In this document: in pieces, positions 59,441 to 64,000 of the stretch | How positions within the stretch are numbered: position 1 is the stretch's first letter | How the letters are laid out: each line of letters begins with the position of its first letter | Origin: a virus | Lineage: Duplodnaviria; Caudoviricetes | IMG/VR virus record: IMGVR_UViG_3300045999_008257 | Location: 225-64,224 of that record | Reading direction: 5' to 3' (one strand) | Length of the DNA stretch: 64,000 nucleotides | Notes under the pieces: generated by a model | Told to the model about the DNA's origin: nothing | Seen by the model: only the letters and a program-made list of their open reading frames with translations | Databases searched by the model: none | Translations under genes and position numbers: made by a program

Positions 59441-59512
59441 TGTTTCAAATTGTTAAAACAGCTAGCCATCTGATTGTGTTAGTCTTATCGTAAGGAAGTC
59501 CACCTAAAGACC

Positions 59513-59767
59513 ATGAATTTTCAACCTCCAGCGCTTAAGCCGCGCCCGGTCCATCCTTCCTCTAGGCCTCAACCAGTGAAGCCTCGGCCATTAGATCGCC
59601 CCAAGGCGCAAACCGCCATGATTACAACAGAATATGCAAATCGCTTGCTTGCATTGTTTGCGCTATTGTTTGTTGTCTCTTTGGGATCTTGCACCATTGC
59701 GCCTATCCTTGGGGCATTAGAAGGTGCTAGGATTCCCGCTCCAGCTAAAACCGCGATGGTGGCGTGA
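59513..59767 (+). CDS. Pro-rich membrane protein
   Basis: First gene after the promoter at 59442-59491; one TM helix. Confidence 0.55.
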   Translation: MNFQPPALKPRPVHPSSRPQPVKPRPLDRPKAQTAMITTEYANRLLALFALLFVVSLGSCTIAPILGALEGARIPAPAKTAMVA

Positions 59768-60147
59768 TGAACTTCATTCAGTGCGCGGAATTACTAGAGT
59801 CTGAAGGCTTTGGTAATGCAGCTAAGTTTTTGCGTAATTTCAACAGTAATTCTGTGGACAATGACACAGATCTGATGAGTTTACTGACTGACCCTAACAT
59901 CAGTCAAGGTGCAAAAATTGGCGTCTTGGCTGACATGGTTGTGCCGAATGAACCAGAGCCAAATTTGAACAAAGGTTATTCTGAAGTGCAGAATAACTTG
60001 CAAGAAATTGCGATGGTGCAATGGATGGCGAGGAAGTCAATAAGGAAAGAGATGATTGGGATTGCGGCTAGTTTGCAAGAAGTTGCGACAACGCAATGGA
60101 TAAATGAATGGGCAAACAATGTAAAAACAGTTGATAATGAGGCTTGA
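59764..60147 (+). CDS. Hypothetical protein
   Basis: Coupled ORF. Confidence 0.55.
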   Translation: MMNFIQCAELLESEGFGNAAKFLRNFNSNSVDNDTDLMSLLTDPNISQGAKIGVLADMVVPNEPEPNLNKGYSEVQNNLQEIAMVQWMARKSIRKEMIGIAASLQEVATTQWINEWANNVKTVDNEA

Positions 60148-60152
60148 TTGTG

Positions 60153-61001
60153 ATGAAAATTCTGCGCGGCGGATCGTGGTTTAACCTACCCCTCAACTGC
60201 CGCTCGGCCATTCGGAGCCGCAGCCACCCGGTCAGCCTAAGCCGCTTTTGTGGTTTCCGCGTGGTCTGTCTCTCGTCACCTTCACCTTCAATCTTTCAAA
60301 TGGTCATGAAACTATTGCGCGGCGGCTCTTGGGCCGACCTTCCTCGGAACTGCCGCTCGGCCTGCCGCATCGGGGACCACCCGGACAACCGCAGCATCTA
60401 TTGCGGTTTCCGCGTCACTCAGCCACCAGGTGCATCCTCGTTTGAAATTACAATGGTTCCCATTTTAGCAGGTGAATTCATGATGGGAACATCAAGCGAC
60501 CTACATAGCCGGAACGAAGAAGGACCGCAACATTTAGTGAATATAAACAGCTTTTCAATGAGCCTAGCGCCTATTACTCAAGCGCAGTGGCGGGCAGTGG
60601 CATCATTGCCAAAAGTTGAAATAAATCTAAAGCTAGATCCATCTCATTTCAAAGGTGATGATCTGCCTGTTGAGAGCGTAAACTGGTATGAGGCAATGGA
60701 GTTTTGTCGGAGGTTAAGCGCTGCAACGGGAGAAAAATATACACTACCAACAGAAGCGCAGTGGGAATATGCTTGCCGTGCTGGTACTACAACGCCATAT
60801 AACACAGGGGATGAAATCACAAAAGAACAAGCGAACTATGGCAGCAGTAAAACCACACCAGTGCTCAAGTATCCTCCTAATGCCTGGGGATTGCATGATA
60901 TGCACGGTAATGTTTGGGAATGGTGCTTAGATGATTGGCACTCTAATTATGAAGGTGCTCCAAATGATGGTAGCGCTTGGCTTGATGGAGATGCAAAATG
61001 A
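60153..61001 (+). CDS. FGE-sulfatase/CLec-fold protein, circularly permuted, with two N-terminal RGGSW…GFRV cassettes
   Basis: GEFMMG, PVESVNWYEA, LPTEAQWEYACRAG, PNAWGLHDMHGNVWEW; the normally C-terminal RGGSW…GFRV occurs twice at the N-terminus. Confidence 0.88.
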   Translation: MKILRGGSWFNLPLNCRSAIRSRSHPVSLSRFCGFRVVCLSSPSPSIFQMVMKLLRGGSWADLPRNCRSACRIGDHPDNRSIYCGFRVTQPPGASSFEITMVPILAGEFMMGTSSDLHSRNEEGPQHLVNINSFSMSLAPITQAQWRAVASLPKVEINLKLDPSHFKGDDLPVESVNWYEAMEFCRRLSAATGEKYTLPTEAQWEYACRAGTTTPYNTGDEITKEQANYGSSKTTPVLKYPPNAWGLHDMHGNVWEWCLDDWHSNYEGAPNDGSAWLDGDAK

Positions 61002-61285
61002 GACTACAAACTGCTGAAGATTTCGTAAATTGGCTGCGATGCAATGGCTATGTTAAGATTGCAAATAAACTTCAAAAAGATTTAGACGCTAATGCTGATA
61101 TGGTGATAGACAACAAAGAACCTGTGCTGCATTGCTTGTTAAATGAAGATACAGAAGTGCAATTGCCGCAAGTTTGTGTGTTTGACGATCCTGATGGTGT
61201 TGTAAATGACTGCGCATTTGCTAGAAATCTTTGTGCACAAGGTAGACTTAAAACAGCATGTGAATACTATAAAAAAGAGATATGA
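60998..61285 (+). CDS. Hypothetical protein
   Basis: Coupled ORF (ATGA). Confidence 0.6.
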   Translation: MRLQTAEDFVNWLRCNGYVKIANKLQKDLDANADMVIDNKEPVLHCLLNEDTEVQLPQVCVFDDPDGVVNDCAFARNLCAQGRLKTACEYYKKEI

Positions 61286-61584
61286 CTAAACAAGTAGATC
61301 AAGCATTCTGGAATCCACCAAGGCAGTTAGATGGCGAGCGCTGGCAAGATTATACAGCTCGCTTGTGGAGGTTCCGAAGGCAATATGTAGAACCAATAAA
61401 AGGTGAGCATGATATAGATTATCTCATTCGATGGAAGTGGTTTTATGTTGAGCAGCTACAAATAAGGAATGAGCAATTAAGAGAAAAAAACCAGGCGAAA
61501 AAAGAAAAACTTATCAAAGCAAAAAGAAAAACCAAAATACAATTAAGACTTAAACCACCTGTACACACTAATGCACAATCATGA
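61282..61584 (+). CDS. Hypothetical protein
   Basis: Coupled ORF. Confidence 0.6.
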   Translation: MTKQVDQAFWNPPRQLDGERWQDYTARLWRFRRQYVEPIKGEHDIDYLIRWKWFYVEQLQIRNEQLREKNQAKKEKLIKAKRKTKIQLRLKPPVHTNAQS

Positions 61585-61916
61585 CCGATTCACAAAACCA
61601 GCAAGATAAGCTTGCAGAATTAGAAAGAGATCTCATGTTTGAACGTGCTCAAATTAAAGAAAAGCTCAATAAAATCAACAAAGAAGGAGAAGCATTTTTA
61701 AGGGAAATTGATAAAATGCAAAAAGAGTTAATATCATATGAAGAAGCCTTAACGTTTGCTGACAGGATGGCATATTGCGCCATTAATTTAGTCGGAAGGA
61801 GCACTGTGAATGGAATAATTCAACCAGTGAGATCAAGCGCCGAATATCAGTTGCGACTGGCTGCTGAAGCATATAATGATTACATTATTCAAATGCACGG
61901 AACCACAAAACAATGA
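61581..61916 (+). CDS. Coiled-coil hypothetical protein
   Basis: Coupled ORF. Confidence 0.6.
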   Translation: MTDSQNQQDKLAELERDLMFERAQIKEKLNKINKEGEAFLREIDKMQKELISYEEALTFADRMAYCAINLVGRSTVNGIIQPVRSSAEYQLRLAAEAYNDYIIQMHGTTKQ

Positions 61917-62584
61917 AAGGTTTTTTTATCACCCTAGAAGGCATTGACGGATGTGGCAAAACCACACAACTCAAGGCCCTGGCTGAATGGCTGCCCACAA
62001 GCGGCCTGATGCCCCCTGGTGCCGAGTTGATCACCACGCGAGAGCCAGGCGGCACGGAGTTAGGGATGTTATTGCGAGGGCTTTTGTTGAGCCCACTGAA
62101 GGGTCAGGAGCCGAGCCGTAGGGCTGAGCTATTGTTGTACATGGCCGATCGCGCTCAGCATGTGGAAAGAGTGATCATGCCAGCACTAGGGGCTGGTCAT
62201 TGGGTGTTATGCGATCGTTTTAGCGCGTCAACAATTGCGTATCAGGGTTATGGAAGGGGGTGGCCGTTGAGTGATATTGAAAGGTTGAATCATTTTGCAA
62301 CTACGGGTCTTGGGCCTGACCTAACCCTGTTGATAGATATTTCAGTAGATGAAGCACTAAAGCGTACAAAAAATAAGCAGCCGGATCGAATTGAAGCGGA
62401 AGGAAGAGAGTTTCTGAAAAAAGTACATCATGGGTTTTGTAGCATGACAAATCAAAATCAGTATGGACAGCAACGTTTTAAACGTGGAAGTGTGATTAGA
62501 ATTGACGGATCAAAAGATGTGGGATTAGTGACACAAAGATGCAGGAATGTGATTAGCGTTTGTGTTGAGGCGTTAGAATCATGA
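61913..62584 (+). CDS. tmk: Thymidylate kinase
   Basis: EGIDGCGKTTQ, TREPGGT, ADRAQH, CDRF…AYQGYGRG, PDLT. Confidence 0.95.
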   Translation: MKGFFITLEGIDGCGKTTQLKALAEWLPTSGLMPPGAELITTREPGGTELGMLLRGLLLSPLKGQEPSRRAELLLYMADRAQHVERVIMPALGAGHWVLCDRFSASTIAYQGYGRGWPLSDIERLNHFATTGLGPDLTLLIDISVDEALKRTKNKQPDRIEAEGREFLKKVHHGFCSMTNQNQYGQQRFKRGSVIRIDGSKDVGLVTQRCRNVISVCVEALES

Positions 62585-62718
62585 GCATGTGGAATTTATC
62601 TCTAAAAGGAAGCACCATTGATATACTTCAAAAAGCCCGCATGGATCAAAGATGAAGAAATGTGGAGGTGTATCGTGGGATCTGTTAGGATTGAGCTTCC
62701 TTTTGGGACTGAGATTCA

Positions 62719-62976
62719 ATGAATGACTCTGATCAAAATGCTAAAACTAAAGATCCCACATGGTTTCTGCTGTATGAAGGCACCAGTGAAGATGGGCGTG
62801 GGCCTGGCAAGTATATTGGGCGAACCACTGACAAAACTGTTGCGTTTAATCATTGCAAAACGCAAGAAGAAAATCCTTACGCAACTGGTGGCGTAGTTGC
62901 AATTACTGATACAAAACAGATCTCAATGAGCGTTAAATACCGTTCTGTTTTTAGCACGGATTGGGAAGAATTGTGA
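62719..62976 (+). CDS. Hypothetical protein
   Basis: ATG ORF. Confidence 0.6.
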   Translation: MNDSDQNAKTKDPTWFLLYEGTSEDGRGPGKYIGRTTDKTVAFNHCKTQEENPYATGGVVAITDTKQISMSVKYRSVFSTDWEEL

Positions 62977-63019
62977 TTTTACATTTAACCGTTGCTATTT
63001 TCTTCTGGAGTTAAATTCA

Positions 63020-63838
63020 ATGAGTATTTCTGAAGATGTTGCTTTTCATGATTTAATGGAAAGCAAGCGCAAAGCTAGCCTTACTTCACAGAATCTTATT
63101 GATTTTCAACCCTCGCAATCTCCCATGAAAGAACAGTCTAATCCATCCTGCTGGGATGCGCTTCAAAGCTTCCGTGATCTAAATGTAAATACGCCGCTCG
63201 TTGATTGTTTGCTTGATTTACGCAAGCAGATTACAGAAAAAGATAAGCCTGTGAAGTGCGATGAGTCATCAAGATCTATCAAAATCATTGACCGATTGTT
63301 TGGCCTTGGTGAATTGCTTAATGTCGCTTGCACTGATAAGTTAATCAATGAAATTGTTGATTCTTTTGAGAAAGAAGATCTTCTGTTGAGGTTGGAATAT
63401 TTTGTTGCAACGATTGAAGATGTGATAAAAGGTTCCCAGGAAATCAAAAACAAATTACAGAGCAGGCAGGTTGTGATTAAAGATCATGACTCTGCCAATG
63501 ATAGGCTGGTTAGAATGCTCGAATGGCCAGCAGAGAACACAATTATTATTGATGGCGTGACTTATTATAGTGCTAAGCACTATAAGCCCGTGAGCGGTGA
63601 GATGGTGATTGGGTTTACAAAGCCGTTTACTTCTTATGAAGCTAACGATGACTGGCGTAATAATGGATTGCCTTCTTACTGGCGCCCGATGCCTGAAATT
63701 ACTTGGTATTCATCGGATAAATCCTGCTGGCTTGTTCCTTGCGGGTCAAGTCATCGTGAAGAAAATATAAAAGCGTGGACAAAGCTGCCGCATCCTGAGA
63801 GAACTAAAGAGCTTTTTGATTTTATGGATAGGATCTGA
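63020..63838 (+). CDS. Hypothetical protein
   Basis: 272-aa ORF. Confidence 0.6.
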   Translation: MSISEDVAFHDLMESKRKASLTSQNLIDFQPSQSPMKEQSNPSCWDALQSFRDLNVNTPLVDCLLDLRKQITEKDKPVKCDESSRSIKIIDRLFGLGELLNVACTDKLINEIVDSFEKEDLLLRLEYFVATIEDVIKGSQEIKNKLQSRQVVIKDHDSANDRLVRMLEWPAENTIIIDGVTYYSAKHYKPVSGEMVIGFTKPFTSYEANDDWRNNGLPSYWRPMPEITWYSSDKSCWLVPCGSSHREENIKAWTKLPHPERTKELFDFMDRI

Positions 63839-63841
63839 GCC

Positions 63842-64000
63842 ATGGGACTTGATCTTTCACATAATGCATTCTCAGGTAGTTATAGATCATTTGACAGCTT
63901 GCGTTCATTTGTTTGCGAAGCGGCTGGCGGCAGTTGGCCACCTCATTCTGATGAAAAGCTGGATCCTGAGCTTTGGTATATTGATGATGTGTTTGGCAAG
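63842..64000 (+). CDS. Partial hypothetical protein (MGLDLSHNAFSGSY…), runs off the window
   Basis: Open to the window end. Confidence 0.6.
   Translation, partial: MGLDLSHNAFSGSYRSFDSLRSFVCEAAGGSWPPHSDEKLDPELWYIDDVFGK

Noticed and set aside
60153-60420. Complete DGR (one cassette acting as template for the other)
   Set aside because: Neither copy is AAY-rich, mismatches are not confined to A in either copy, and no reverse transcriptase or Avd is recognisable in this window.
1-64000. Integrase, transposase, intron/intein or 2-aminoadenine (purZ/datZ) genes
   Set aside because: No ORF shows the diagnostic motifs by eye; such genes could lie outside the window.

Overview
The whole window is part of a tailed dsDNA phage genome. 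It looks siphovirus-like (long TP901-type tape measure) and its host is almost certainly a cyanobacterium, judging from an nblA-like gene, cyAbrB, cyanobacterial-type thyX and dnaN, and TTTTCCACA DnaA boxes. About 1-36 kb is a + strand morphogenesis region: terminase large subunit, SigB/SigF-family sigma factor, portal, MuF/gp7-like protein, neck genes, a tail chaperone with a -1 frameshift, major tail, tape measure, tail tip, then scaffold and major capsid, fibres and a holin-like pair. Small accessory cassettes and a minus-strand nblA-peptidase-dnaN block interrupt this region. About 36-64 kb holds early/middle genes: RecE/RecT-like, cyAbrB, DUF4942 methyltransferase, DUF932, SpoU, ThyX, HNH, RusA, a replication initiator with iterons, tRNA(CAT), a putative small terminase and tmk. 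Most notable: (1) a circularly permuted FGE/CLec protein with two tandem DGR-variable-region-like cassettes at its N-terminus, with no RT or template in view; (2) three paralogous histone-like late proteins with a shared N-terminal RDxxGxF module and swapped C-termini, one a J-domain; (3) two promoter classes readable from the sequence, 13 CGGGAAA motifs before late genes and about 14 HLR1/RpaB-like tandem repeats 27-29 nt from a -10 box; (4) a leader of three GCGAY-loop hairpins before the capsid gene and a candidate pseudoknotted sRNA. All calls were made by eye from the sequence and ORF track; no database searches were run.
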